A stretch of DNA of 64,000 nt, taken from positions 1-64,000 of IMG/VR virus record IMGVR_UViG_3300044695_003432. One strand, written 5' to 3'. The translations under genes and the position numbers were made by a program. Each line of letters begins with the position of its first letter. The stretch's first letter is position 1. A model generated the notes under the pieces. It searched no databases. It was not told the origin of the DNA and worked only from the letters and a program-made list of their open reading frames with translations. This DNA comes from a virus. Shown here piece after piece: positions 27,340-36,964 of the stretch.

Positions 27340-27911
27340 TAGCCATCCCTCCCGGTATTGAGGTCCGTCAAGAACTCGATGCTTGGAACGACAACCCGCT
27401 TTGGTGTCGATGAGCGAACCGACCATGCCGCGTCAACGGTGTTGCCGTTGAGGTTGGCGCGGTACAGACCCTTCGCCGTCACGGTGCCGTCTGAGTTGCC
27501 ACCGAACACGCGATCTGAGTTGGCACGCCCGGTCATAGCTCGCCGCACGGTAAAGCCGGAACTCATGTAGTACGCCACGTCCAGATAGCGAACGCACATC
27601 TTGCTCGTGAAGTCAGGGGAGCCGTCCGCCCGCATACGAACCGGATTAGTCGGGATGATGTACCACTCGTAGGTAATGCCCACGCACGCGGTCAAGCCGT
27701 TGTAGTTTCCGGTAACGGACACGGTGTAGGGATACGTCGATGTGTTGAGCGTCGGGTTGGAAATGACCGTGCCCACGCTCGCGCCGGACCCAACAATCAG
27801 ACAGTTGATGTTGATGTCCGCGTAGAGCAGCGTCCATGTCGTTGTGCCAGCCGAGTGCGTGCCGGTTGACAACTCCTGCCGACGATCCATGTGGGGCGTG
27901 AACTCAGGCAT
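27339..27911 (-). CDS. Tail tubular protein B (gp12-like), C-terminal part
   Basis: HMDRR...VGITY aligns by eye with LLDRR...VGLSY of 59972-63208. Confidence 0.7.
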   Translation of the reverse strand: MPEFTPHMDRRQELSTGTHSAGTTTWTLLYADININCLIVGSGASVGTVISNPTLNTSTYPYTVSVTGNYNGLTACVGITYEWYIIPTNPVRMRADGSPDFTSKMCVRYLDVAYYMSSGFTVRRAMTGRANSDRVFGGNSDGTVTAKGLYRANLNGNTVDAAWSVRSSTPKRVVVPSIEFLTDLNTGRDG

Positions 27912-29538
27912 CCGCGCCTCCGCTCTCGCCCGATGCGGACACGCTGGCACCAGTCATAATCAGGGTGCTGCTGGTAGTCATTGGCGAGCCAAGGGGCATT
28001 CCCTCAATCACAAACGAACCCTCGTTTTCCAAGAGGACATACAGCACGCCGTTGATGATCGCGGCGTCAAGCAGCACGTCGTTGGGACCAGAGAACTGCC
28101 ACACGCTCCACGCTGTCTGCACCAGACGCCCGCCCTCGTAACCCCACCGCATGACATAGAAGTTGCGGTACTGATCGCTGGTGATGACGCCAATGAACCC
28201 CGAGTTGGTGTCGGCCACAACGCGTGTCGCGTTGGGCGGGATCAGCCCCTCGACATGCGACGACACCGGCATTGACGTGTAGGCAATCTGCGCGTCGTCG
28301 TAGACGTAGTAGTGAACCGCGCCAGTGTTGCGGTTTTTGACAAAGAACAGGATGCCCGTCTGGAACGGGGCGAGGGCCACGCCGTTCGTCGCGTTGAGCG
28401 AGGTGGACGGGGTAAACGAGACAGACGACGGCGAGAACGTATCGCCCGTCGTGGTCAACTCGAACTGACGCGCGCCGACAGCGGACGCAATGATCGACCG
28501 GCGAAGGGGGCATAGGCGGTCCAGGAACGTCACGGACGGTCCCGGAGTCTTGACGACAACGGGATCGCTATCAACGACTGCCGGAGACGATCCGGCCAAG
28601 TCGTACCAATAGTCATTTAGCGAAGCTGTTTGGGTAGTGACGATGTACGGGCCAGCACCGATGACAAGCCGGTCCTGAAACAAGCACATATCCGCTACCT
28701 TGTTGCCGACTCCGCTATTGGGCGGGCCTCCAAACACCGGCAAAAGTGGGTTTGTCGTAGAGGTGCCACGCGATCCGCGCTGCTCCAAAGTCTCGTTTGC
28801 AAACTCAAACGTCAGCGGCGAGGTGCTGGTCCGCTTGATCGTGTACGGATACTTGGCTTGGTCAATCGCGCCAGTCGTGTTGTTGCCCTCCATCGCAACC
28901 GTGCCGTTGGCGATGTAGGTGTAATCAAGGACCGAGCAGTATCGAAAATCTGCTGCTATTGGATTGTTGAGGGCGAAGTAAGTGGCCGGGGTTCCGCTTC
29001 CAGCCGCAAGCTCAGCCTCTTTCGCAAGTACGTTTCCAACGGGGACAATGCGGGGGTACGGGCTTGCGCTTGTTGCCGGACCCTGCACAAGCAGGTACAC
29101 CTCGTCCTTGTCGCGGAAGATCGGGTGAAGCCGGAGTTTGGTGCCAAGTGCCCACTGTGCCCAAATGGTTGCAATCGTGCCGGTGCCGCCACCGCTCGTT
29201 GTCACGCCCGTAGCGGTGAACGTGCCGGACGTGACCTTGACGGTGATGTGGTTGCCGCCGTCCGAAATGGAGACGATGACGCCAGAGAACGCGGGCGAAC
29301 CAGTAGTGCGGCTAACAGTCTGTCCAACGGACCACGATCCAGACTTGCCGGTGATCGAGAATCGCAGCGTGCCGAGATTGGCAACCAGCTTCGTGCCAGA
29401 GCGGGTAAACGCCCCATACGCCGGGCTGAAATCTGAGTTGAGCGCGTCTTCGACCTGCGACGGATGCCGCAAGTGAGCCGGTTGCTTGGAGATTCCCCCG
29501 TACAGCGACGGCTTCGAGACGATTGTTTGTTCTGGCAT
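27904..29538 (-). CDS. Tail tubular protein B (gp12-like), N-terminal part
   Basis: PSLYGGISKQP, FQDRL, QTAWSVWQF. Confidence 0.85.
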   Translation of the reverse strand: MPEQTIVSKPSLYGGISKQPAHLRHPSQVEDALNSDFSPAYGAFTRSGTKLVANLGTLRFSITGKSGSWSVGQTVSRTTGSPAFSGVIVSISDGGNHITVKVTSGTFTATGVTTSGGGTGTIATIWAQWALGTKLRLHPIFRDKDEVYLLVQGPATSASPYPRIVPVGNVLAKEAELAAGSGTPATYFALNNPIAADFRYCSVLDYTYIANGTVAMEGNNTTGAIDQAKYPYTIKRTSTSPLTFEFANETLEQRGSRGTSTTNPLLPVFGGPPNSGVGNKVADMCLFQDRLVIGAGPYIVTTQTASLNDYWYDLAGSSPAVVDSDPVVVKTPGPSVTFLDRLCPLRRSIIASAVGARQFELTTTGDTFSPSSVSFTPSTSLNATNGVALAPFQTGILFFVKNRNTGAVHYYVYDDAQIAYTSMPVSSHVEGLIPPNATRVVADTNSGFIGVITSDQYRNFYVMRWGYEGGRLVQTAWSVWQFSGPNDVLLDAAIINGVLYVLLENEGSFVIEGMPLGSPMTTSSTLIMTGASVSASGESGGADA

Positions 29539-29539
29539 A

Positions 29540-30331
29540 TCAGGGCATCACGGGAACCCACTCGCTCAACTTGATCGACCGCTCAAGGACGTTCGTGCCC
29601 TTGAGCATGTTGTCCATCCGCTCGAAGTCGAGTTGGGCAAGAGCCTCACGTTGTCCAAGTTTCTGGTCGTCGGTCACGCCGCGCTTCTTGTCCCACTGGA
29701 ACTCACGCGCCGCCTTGCGAGCGACGTACTCCTGAATCCACTCAGGCGTTTCATCCCACGTCCGCACCGTGATCGCGTCGATATAGATGCTGCCGGTGAA
29801 GGTCTGGGTATCCTGGTCCTCGTCGAACAGGAAGCCGTTGTAGACGCCAAGCCGTTTCCACTCGCGGCGAGCGGGGCGGATGAACATGAACGCCGTCTCG
29901 GGGACGGCGTGGAAGGCTGACGTGATCGCGGCGGTAGCGGTGACAGTGGCGCGGGTAGCACCAGACGTGCCGCCAGTCAGGGCACCCGAGGCGTTCCACG
30001 TCCCCGACACGGTATCGACGTACACCTTGCCGCCAGTCTCGTACCGGAACTTGCCGGTGGCACCAGACACAGCCTGCGTGATCGTCTCGTCGTAGGTGAA
30101 CGTGCCCGAACCGCCCGACGCGGTGACGGTGGTATCCGGCAGCGTGAGTTCCACTTCCTCGCGCGTGTTCGCCGCCGTGCCGTAGCCACGCCCGCGTAGG
30201 ACAATCTTCAACTGCCGGTCAATCTCGCTCTCGGCCTCGCCCGCGTCGGACGTTCCGCCCGTGTCCAAAGCGGTCACAGCCGGGTCGCCAAGTGCCCGGA
30301 TGCAGATGTTCACGGCGTCAAGTTTCAGCAT
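29540..30331 (-). CDS. Tail tubular protein A (gp11-like) with insertion
   Basis: LDAVNICIRALGDPAV, WDETPEWIQEYVARKAAREFQ. Confidence 0.85.
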   Translation of the reverse strand: MLKLDAVNICIRALGDPAVTALDTGGTSDAGEAESEIDRQLKIVLRGRGYGTAANTREEVELTLPDTTVTASGGSGTFTYDETITQAVSGATGKFRYETGGKVYVDTVSGTWNASGALTGGTSGATRATVTATAAITSAFHAVPETAFMFIRPARREWKRLGVYNGFLFDEDQDTQTFTGSIYIDAITVRTWDETPEWIQEYVARKAAREFQWDKKRGVTDDQKLGQREALAQLDFERMDNMLKGTNVLERSIKLSEWVPVMP

Positions 30332-30333
30332 GG

Positions 30334-31521
30334 TTATCCACGGAAGGAAGCGATGCGACCATCGGGGGTCAGCATCTGCGTGCGACGGACCTTGACAACA
30401 GTGGTTCCGCCGCCGCCAGTCTCGATCTGGTCAATGACGGGGATCAACAGCGGGAACTTGGTATCCACGTCCGTCCAAGTCGTGCCGTCAGACGACGACG
30501 TGTACTGGAACACGTTGGCGGCGGTGCCGAAGAAGGTGTTGCGCTCGCTGGAGGCCGCCCATTCGACGTTTGCAAACTGGAGGATCGCGTTTGCCGTTGC
30601 GTCGGGCTTGAGGAAGATTCGCACCACGTCGCCAGCCTCAACCTCCTGCGGCGGAATCGGAATCTGCGTAAGGATGATGCCGGGGTTGGACGAAATGGCC
30701 GAGTAGAAGTTGTACGTCGCCGTGCCCGTGGTCTTGAGCGTGGTGCCGTCGCTCTCGTAGACGTTGATAACGAACTCGGGATTTGAGTTGGCGGCGGGAC
30801 GCCACGCCACCCAGAACGACGACACGCGGCAACCAAACTGCGCGTCCCAACGAAGCCCGCGACGGTTGGGGCTGCTCGCCGAGTTCCAGTTGGTTTCATT
30901 CGTGTAGGTCGGAGCGTTCGATGCGTTGACCGTGACCTTGCCAGTCTGGTCAACCGTCCACGCGGTCGGGCAGTTGCCCGTGTGTGCCCACGAACCGCTG
31001 ACAAGCGTGCTGTAGTGGGGCAGCGTGAAGTTGGTCAGCCACGTCTGGTAGCCAGCGCGAATCGTGATCGTGTTGGTGGCGTTCAGGCCCGATCCGGTCG
31101 TGCCCGTGCGGACGGTGATAGCCACCAGCCGAGGGCCGGGGCCGGGATTGGTGTAGGTGTCAACGAACTCGTGGCTAACCACGGTGCCGCTTGTGAGTGC
31201 CGAGCCAGGGCTGTCCTCGACCACCATCGGGGCCGAGCCGCCGCCCGTGCTGGTCAACGGCGTGCCGTCAGGACGGCCACCGTAACCCGCACCGCTGTTG
31301 GTAACGCCCTCGATCGAGACGTTGTACGTCGGGGTGCCAACCGGCGCACCGCCGCCAATCAACTTCGCCGCCGAAATGGTCTGGCCGGGCTGGAGAACGA
31401 CGATCGCCGCAAAGACGTTGTTCGCCGGAGTCGCGCTGTTGAGCGTGATCGTCGCGTGAGTGGCGAAAGGAAGCCGCCCCAGCCCGATCTGCGGGGCAGG
31501 GTTGATGTTGGTAAGTGCCAT
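30334..31521 (-). CDS. Putative virion/tail-associated beta-rich protein
   Basis: Gly/Thr/Ser-rich; lies in the structural operon. Confidence 0.55.
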   Translation of the reverse strand: MALTNINPAPQIGLGRLPFATHATITLNSATPANNVFAAIVVLQPGQTISAAKLIGGGAPVGTPTYNVSIEGVTNSGAGYGGRPDGTPLTSTGGGSAPMVVEDSPGSALTSGTVVSHEFVDTYTNPGPGPRLVAITVRTGTTGSGLNATNTITIRAGYQTWLTNFTLPHYSTLVSGSWAHTGNCPTAWTVDQTGKVTVNASNAPTYTNETNWNSASSPNRRGLRWDAQFGCRVSSFWVAWRPAANSNPEFVINVYESDGTTLKTTGTATYNFYSAISSNPGIILTQIPIPPQEVEAGDVVRIFLKPDATANAILQFANVEWAASSERNTFFGTAANVFQYTSSSDGTTWTDVDTKFPLLIPVIDQIETGGGGTTVVKVRRTQMLTPDGRIASFRG

Positions 31522-31523
31522 AG

Positions 31524-31781
31524 TTATCCCTTGAGCCACGCGCCAATGGCGGCAATGGCCGCACCCGCCGCCGTGGTAATCGCGGTCTTCGACCACGCCT
31601 CGCGGCGTTTCTCGCTCTGTTCCAGACGGTCTACGCGCATGATGACGCCCTTCTCGGGCGAGCCGTTGCCGGTCAGCATGTGCGTGAGCGACTGCTGCGC
31701 GTGCTGGACTTGCTCAAGCCGCTCGTCCAGCCGGGCCATCCACACGGACAGGTCGCGGTCAGTCGGGCCGTTGTTGGGCAT
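31524..31781 (-). CDS. Holin-like membrane protein
   Basis: Coiled N-terminus with LTGNG, C-terminal TM segment. Confidence 0.5.
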   Translation of the reverse strand: MPNNGPTDRDLSVWMARLDERLEQVQHAQQSLTHMLTGNGSPEKGVIMRVDRLEQSEKRREAWSKTAITTAAGAAIAAIGAWLKG

Positions 31782-31783
31782 CG

Positions 31784-32389
31784 TCACGCTTTGTCTCCGA
31801 GTTTCACCTTGCGCTCGGCACGCCTCCAAGCAGCGTCGTAATACGGGTTCATCCGCGACGCCAAGATGCGATCGCGTTGGGCGTCTCGGTTGTGTTCGTC
31901 GGCCTCGCGGTAAAGCTCGTAGTCACGCTCGGCAGCGATGCGGGTGGGCTTGGGGATCAGCCACTCCAACCACTTCACGCCCGCGAGGAACACGGCCAGC
32001 ACCGGCCAGAACTTGATGGCGAGGATCGCGGCGGCGGCGATAAGTGCCAACAGTGTCAAGTTGCTCAGCAACGTGGCCCACCAAGGTGTCACATCTTTCA
32101 CCTTGGGTAGAGCGTTCTGGACCTTGCCCGCCTCAATCTGAATGTCGCGTGCGTTCTGTCCAATCGCCTTGACGTGGCCGGTCGCCTCGGCGTTCTCAGC
32201 CACCAGCGGGGCAAGGGCTTCGGCGTGAGCAACGATGCCAGCCGCAAGCGTCTGGGTGTTGCCAGCGGCGCGGGCGATGTCCTTGGTGCCGGACGTACAG
32301 CCGGAAAGGACCACCAAAGCGATCAGGAACCCCGCCGCAAGGAGGCCGATGCCCACGCGGATCAAGGCTTGGCGAATGTTCTTGGTCAT
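31784..32389 (-). CDS. Lipoprotein with downstream TM segment (unimolecular spanin-like architecture)
   Basis: Lipobox VLSG-C, helical middle, later hydrophobic segment. Confidence 0.5.
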   Translation of the reverse strand: MTKNIRQALIRVGIGLLAAGFLIALVVLSGCTSGTKDIARAAGNTQTLAAGIVAHAEALAPLVAENAEATGHVKAIGQNARDIQIEAGKVQNALPKVKDVTPWWATLLSNLTLLALIAAAAILAIKFWPVLAVFLAGVKWLEWLIPKPTRIAAERDYELYREADEHNRDAQRDRILASRMNPYYDAAWRRAERKVKLGDKA

Positions 32390-32448
32390 AAAAAGACGGC
32401 ACCGTGTTTCCACGATGCCGCCCGCGAAAGGAGGGAAGGGAACGATGG

Positions 32449-33018
32449 TCAGGTGATAACGGCGGTCAGGTCGCCGCCGTGCGCCCACGTCACAAGCAAC
32501 CAGCCGGTCACGGCCAGAGCCTTGTTGCCAACCGGGTCGTTGGCCGTGGCGACGTTGAGGAACATGTCGGTGGCGGTGCCGGTGCCATTCAGGATTGCCA
32601 TAGTGCCGAGCCGGGGCGCGAACGTCGCCGTGACGTTCATCGCTGTCGCGGTCGATGCGATTACGTCCGCCTCGGTGGATGTCAGCGTTGCGTCAGCCGC
32701 AGCGGTCGCCGTGCCGATGGATGACACGAGGCCCGCGTTTACAAACGCGGCAAGGGTGTAGGTGAGGTTTCCGACCACGTTGAACAGGTTGATGTTGCCC
32801 TTGGGAAAGTCAAGAAGTTGGATGCTTCCGCTTCCGTTGGCCCCGTTGTCGGTCAGGGTGAGGACCGTGCTGTTGAACACCAAGAGCGTTTGCCGCATTA
32901 CGTCGCTGGCATCGCCGATTGGGTGAACGGTGACAAGCGCGGTTGGACACGTCACCCGCGCGTCGGCGACGGTTGGGCGTCCCCGAACAATGGCGGGGAG
33001 AACACGGGTTGCTGGCAT
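32449..33018 (-). CDS. Putative capsid decoration protein, paralogue of 34704-35282
   Basis: RQTLLVFN, QLLDFPKG, GTGTATDMFLN, VTW. Confidence 0.6.
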   Translation of the reverse strand: MPATRVLPAIVRGRPTVADARVTCPTALVTVHPIGDASDVMRQTLLVFNSTVLTLTDNGANGSGSIQLLDFPKGNINLFNVVGNLTYTLAAFVNAGLVSSIGTATAAADATLTSTEADVIASTATAMNVTATFAPRLGTMAILNGTGTATDMFLNVATANDPVGNKALAVTGWLLVTWAHGGDLTAVIT

Positions 33019-33027
33019 GGATTTTCC

Positions 33028-34656
33028 TTAGTTTGCGATGCCAGGGGCCGAACCGGACACGGCCTCCGCGAGCGTGACGCACCGATACGTCCCGTCTTTG
33101 AGTCTTGGAACAACAGCGTCCGTGACGACCTTCATAAAGGCTTGCTCTTGCGATCGGTTGGCGTGCCCGTAGAACACCGCCAGCCCGCCGTGGTCGTCCA
33201 AAGCGTCCAGAAGACCCTGCGAAACCGTTGTGTTGTACCCGGTCGCGTGCTGGACTTCGAGGAAGTCGATGTGGTTGGTGGTCGTTGCGTCCTCGGAAGC
33301 CGTCGAGGTGTGGGAAATCACGTCAAGCCCGGCCTCCAACAAATACTCAGACTGCTCCGGCGTCATGTTTCCCTGATGGGTCGCGTAGATGCGGGAACCC
33401 TGCTCAAAGCCGTTGTCCTGTAGCCACCACGCAGCGGGTCGGATGTAGTCGGTCCAGAACTTTTCGGCAGTCAGGGTGCGGCTGTTGATGTAGACGACGC
33501 CGCTGTTGATGTCGCCCTCGTATTTCGACCATCCGTGATTGCCGATCATGTGCCCCGCCCTCTGCATGGCGAGAAGGTCGGCTTTTGACGCATAGCCGGA
33601 CGTGCCGACCAGTTGGGGGTGGACGTGGAAGTTGCCACGGATTCCCCATTTGTCGAACTCCATCGCCGTGTAGATGCAGCCCGCGTAGCCGTCGTCGTCG
33701 CGGAAGGCGACGAGTTTGGTGGAGGGCGTCGGCGTAATGAACTGGAGGCTGTCGAACGTCACGGTACAGGACGTGCCGGTCTTGGAGTTGAGGTAGATGC
33801 GAATGAAGTGGACATCGGCGGGGTTGACGGTGCCAACGGTCGTCGGGTGCAGAACAAGCGTGTTCCAGCCCGGCCCGCACACGGCGGACGAATCGAACTG
33901 CTGGAAGTTCGCCATCGTTTTGGTGGCGGTTGCAAGCGTCGTGTCGTGGAACCCGATGCTGATGTTTTGCACGTTGCCGGACTGCGCCGATTGCTGAGAC
34001 GGATCAACGTACACACGCAAGATGATGAACGGCCATTTGCCCGTTCCACCACTCAGGTCAACGGGTCCAGCACCGCCGTTCGACACGCGGTAGTCGTAGC
34101 GAATTTCTGCTGTGACGCCGCTCGTGGCAGTCAATGCGATAGAGAACGGGGCTGTCTCGCCGCTCTGGACCTCGCCTGAGCGACAGTTGACATAATCCTT
34201 CACGGCGGTTCCGGTTTCAACCTTGAACCGATCCGCCGTGATCGTGGTGCCGTTGGTGGCACCGTAGGTTTCAAACGGGCAGACGTGCGACGTGCGAAGC
34301 CCGCCTTTGCGAAGCCCGCGCGGGGTGACGCGGCCTCGATTCTGGAGAAGCGGGGACACGCGAACGTCGTAGTCGTCTTGCAGGCGGACAGACGCGCGCT
34401 CGGCAAGGGTCAACGCCCCGCCCGTGTTGAGATTCGTAACGTACACGCGATACTGGTTGAACCGGGGCACAACAAGGATGCCGCTGTTGTAGGCGTAGCC
34501 AAGGTTCACGGGCGTGTCGGAATCGTTGTTCCTTCCGTCAACGCGAACCGTGCCACCTCCGGGGAACACAAAGCGGAGCGGGACCGTTGGCGAGGAATCG
34601 GTGTTCTGATACCAGCCGCCGCCGCCAACAGCCGTGATGTTTTGTGCAAGTATCAT
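33028..34656 (-). CDS. Virion-module protein with C-terminal polysaccharide deacetylase (CE4-like) domain
   Basis: AFRDDDGY, GHMIGNHGW, VFYGH; N-terminal beta-rich region. Confidence 0.75.
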   Translation of the reverse strand: MILAQNITAVGGGGWYQNTDSSPTVPLRFVFPGGGTVRVDGRNNDSDTPVNLGYAYNSGILVVPRFNQYRVYVTNLNTGGALTLAERASVRLQDDYDVRVSPLLQNRGRVTPRGLRKGGLRTSHVCPFETYGATNGTTITADRFKVETGTAVKDYVNCRSGEVQSGETAPFSIALTATSGVTAEIRYDYRVSNGGAGPVDLSGGTGKWPFIILRVYVDPSQQSAQSGNVQNISIGFHDTTLATATKTMANFQQFDSSAVCGPGWNTLVLHPTTVGTVNPADVHFIRIYLNSKTGTSCTVTFDSLQFITPTPSTKLVAFRDDDGYAGCIYTAMEFDKWGIRGNFHVHPQLVGTSGYASKADLLAMQRAGHMIGNHGWSKYEGDINSGVVYINSRTLTAEKFWTDYIRPAAWWLQDNGFEQGSRIYATHQGNMTPEQSEYLLEAGLDVISHTSTASEDATTTNHIDFLEVQHATGYNTTVSQGLLDALDDHGGLAVFYGHANRSQEQAFMKVVTDAVVPRLKDGTYRCVTLAEAVSGSAPGIAN

Positions 34657-34667
34657 GTGTCCCCCAT

Positions 34668-34697
34668 AAAAAACCGCCCCCCGTTTCCGGGAGGCGG
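34668..34697 (-). terminator. Intrinsic terminator after the capsid and decoration genes
   Basis: CCGCCTCCCG-GAAA-CGGGGGGCGG-TTTTTT. Confidence 0.85.
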
Positions 34698-34703
34698 ATT
34701 GGA

Positions 34704-35282
34704 TTAGTTGTTGCCGAGCAACGCCCACGTCACGGTAATGGTGCCCGTGACAGTGATGGTGGTGTTGGCCGTCGCTGCGGTTGCGTCCGCCGCGAAGTTG
34801 AGGAACAGGTCTGCTGCGGTAGCGGTGCCGTCCACAAACGCAACGGCCGTATTCACGCCACCGACCGCACCGGCAGATGCAACGAGGGTCAGCGACGTAG
34901 AGGGAAGGACGTTTGCCTGCGTGGAATCAAGCGTGGTGCCAGTCGTCTCGGCAGCGGTGCCGAGAGAGTGAACAACCGCGCTGGTTGCGCCGATGCCAGC
35001 ACCAGCCGTCAACGCCGTAAAGTCGGTCACGGCTCCATAGAACCCAATGTGACCTTCGGGAAGATCGAGAAGCTGGAGTGCGGCAGCACCGCCGCCCGCG
35101 CCGTAATCCGTAAACGGAATGACGGCGTTGTTGAAAGTGAACACCGTCTGACGCAGAACGCCGTTGCCGTACTCCTTCTTGGAGACGCCAAGAGCCTGCG
35201 TAGCGGTGGGGATGGTGCCAACGTCGTTCTGACCCGGAGGACGAGACGACGCGATGGTGGGGGTTGCAGTTGCAATTGACAT
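34704..35282 (-). CDS. Putative capsid decoration/cement protein
   Basis: Directly after the capsid gene and before the terminator; Ala/Thr/Gly-rich. Confidence 0.6.
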   Translation of the reverse strand: MSIATATPTIASSRPPGQNDVGTIPTATQALGVSKKEYGNGVLRQTVFTFNNAVIPFTDYGAGGGAAALQLLDLPEGHIGFYGAVTDFTALTAGAGIGATSAVVHSLGTAAETTGTTLDSTQANVLPSTSLTLVASAGAVGGVNTAVAFVDGTATAADLFLNFAADATAATANTTITVTGTITVTWALLGNN

Positions 35283-35306
35283 GTGTGTTGCTCCTTGTGG
35301 GTTGAA

Positions 35307-36347
35307 TTAGGCGTCGGAGTCGTTGACCTCAATAACGCCAGCGCACCACGGATGCAACTGACCGGCACCCATGAGAACCTGCGACTTGACGAACACGGTG
35401 TTGCGACGCTCATCGGGCTGCATGACCGACTCGACGCCGCCATGCTGCACGATGCCGACCGGGGCCATGCCGTACTGACCACCAGCCGCGACGATCGCCA
35501 CGGGGCGACCAACGGCGATGTTGCTGTCAGTGACCTCAAACGTGCCCTGGTACTTGCTCGGGCCGGTCGTCACGTTGGCGGACGGGATGCGGTTCTTGGC
35601 GACCATCACCTCAAAGCCCGCGATCTTGCCAATCAGACGGCTCTGGAGGTTGTTGCCGCTGGCGTTCTGGGCGTACTGCACGTCCCAGATGCCAGTGTCC
35701 TTCGCCAGAACGCGACGGATGTACGGGTCGATCCACATGTAGCGACCGGCCTCGGGCACGTTGTCGTTGTCCATCGACTCGGCGAGCGTCTGTGCGTCGT
35801 CGAGGAAGTTGGCCGCGCCGGTCGAGGACACGGGGTAAGCCGCCGCAACCGTCTCTTCGTCGCGGGTGACGCGATTGCCGCCGCTGTGAACGGTCAGGCC
35901 GTTCTTGCTGACAGCCGCACCGCGAGCCGTGAGAACAAGCAGGCGGGCGAGGCGGTTGTCGTAGAAGCGGGCGATACGCTCGCCGGTCTTGCGGGCAAGC
36001 GGGCCGAGGATGTCGAAGTTGGCAATCCGCATCTGGTCGAGCGGAACGTCGTGGTGAGCCACAACGATGCCGTCGATCGTGATGTTGCCCTCGTCAATCT
36101 CGAACTGCTGGCCGAGCAGTTCATCGCCGGGAGTGTGTTCCTCGGGATCGGGCGTATCGGCCATCAGGTAGAACTGGTGGCTGTTGCCCTGGCTGATGAT
36201 CTTGCGCTGAATGGCGGGGCTGTCGGCGAAGATAACCTCATCGCGGAAAGCCTCGACAACGCCCATCTGAAACATTTCCTCGGGCGACAGGGCATACTCG
36301 GTGCCTGCCGCGTTGTTGAGGAAACGACTCGGGTTACTGGAAGACAT
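35307..36347 (-). CDS. Major capsid protein (T7 gp10-like)
   Basis: RKIISQGNSHQF, HTPGDEL, ITIDG, MGAGQLHPWCAG. Confidence 0.9.
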   Translation of the reverse strand: MSSSNPSRFLNNAAGTEYALSPEEMFQMGVVEAFRDEVIFADSPAIQRKIISQGNSHQFYLMADTPDPEEHTPGDELLGQQFEIDEGNITIDGIVVAHHDVPLDQMRIANFDILGPLARKTGERIARFYDNRLARLLVLTARGAAVSKNGLTVHSGGNRVTRDEETVAAAYPVSSTGAANFLDDAQTLAESMDNDNVPEAGRYMWIDPYIRRVLAKDTGIWDVQYAQNASGNNLQSRLIGKIAGFEVMVAKNRIPSANVTTGPSKYQGTFEVTDSNIAVGRPVAIVAAGGQYGMAPVGIVQHGGVESVMQPDERRNTVFVKSQVLMGAGQLHPWCAGVIEVNDSDA

Positions 36348-36553
36348 GGATTCACCTCGGGGGTGGAAAGTGGTGGAACGTGCAAACACGCTTCCGGCAC
36401 TTGCCGCGCGCGAGGTGTCCGTGGGCCTCTTGCGAGGGTGTCCACAGGCTCGTCTGCTGGCTAACTGTGACCGTGGCGGCGTGACGCTCGCGGCCTATGG
36501 CTGTGCGTCACGCGACCTGAAAACACGCGGGCGGCTTTCACCGCCCACGGGTG

Positions 36554-36955
36554 CTACTTCTTGAGACGGGCGGACGCGGCCTGTGCCACGCTCAGCCCGG
36601 ACGGACCTTCAATCTCGTCCTCGTCGGACTTGGCCGGAGCCTTGACCGACTTCTTTTCCAACTCAGCGATGCGGGCCTTCGCCTCCGCAAGCTGCGCGGC
36701 GAGCGCGACGGCTGCGGCGTCGTTCTCGTGGAGCGGGCGCGGAGTGTCCTTGGTCTTGGCAATGGCCGCTTCGATCGCCGCGTTGAGTTCTGCGGCGTGC
36801 CCGGTCGTCCACTTGAGGCCGGTCTTGCTGTCAAAGACGATCGCGTACTTACCAGAAACGACGTTGTTCGCCTTGTTCTTGTAAGCACATCCGCCAGAGT
36901 GGATTGACGCCGAGTTTTCGGTCATCCACCTTGCGTACTTGGTCATGGTTGCCAT
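36554..36955 (-). CDS. Hypothetical protein between scaffold and capsid
   Basis: AAGGA RBS; operon position. Confidence 0.6.
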   Translation of the reverse strand: MATMTKYARWMTENSASIHSGGCAYKNKANNVVSGKYAIVFDSKTGLKWTTGHAAELNAAIEAAIAKTKDTPRPLHENDAAAVALAAQLAEAKARIAELEKKSVKAPAKSDEDEIEGPSGLSVAQAASARLKK

Positions 36956-36964
36956 CGAGATTCC

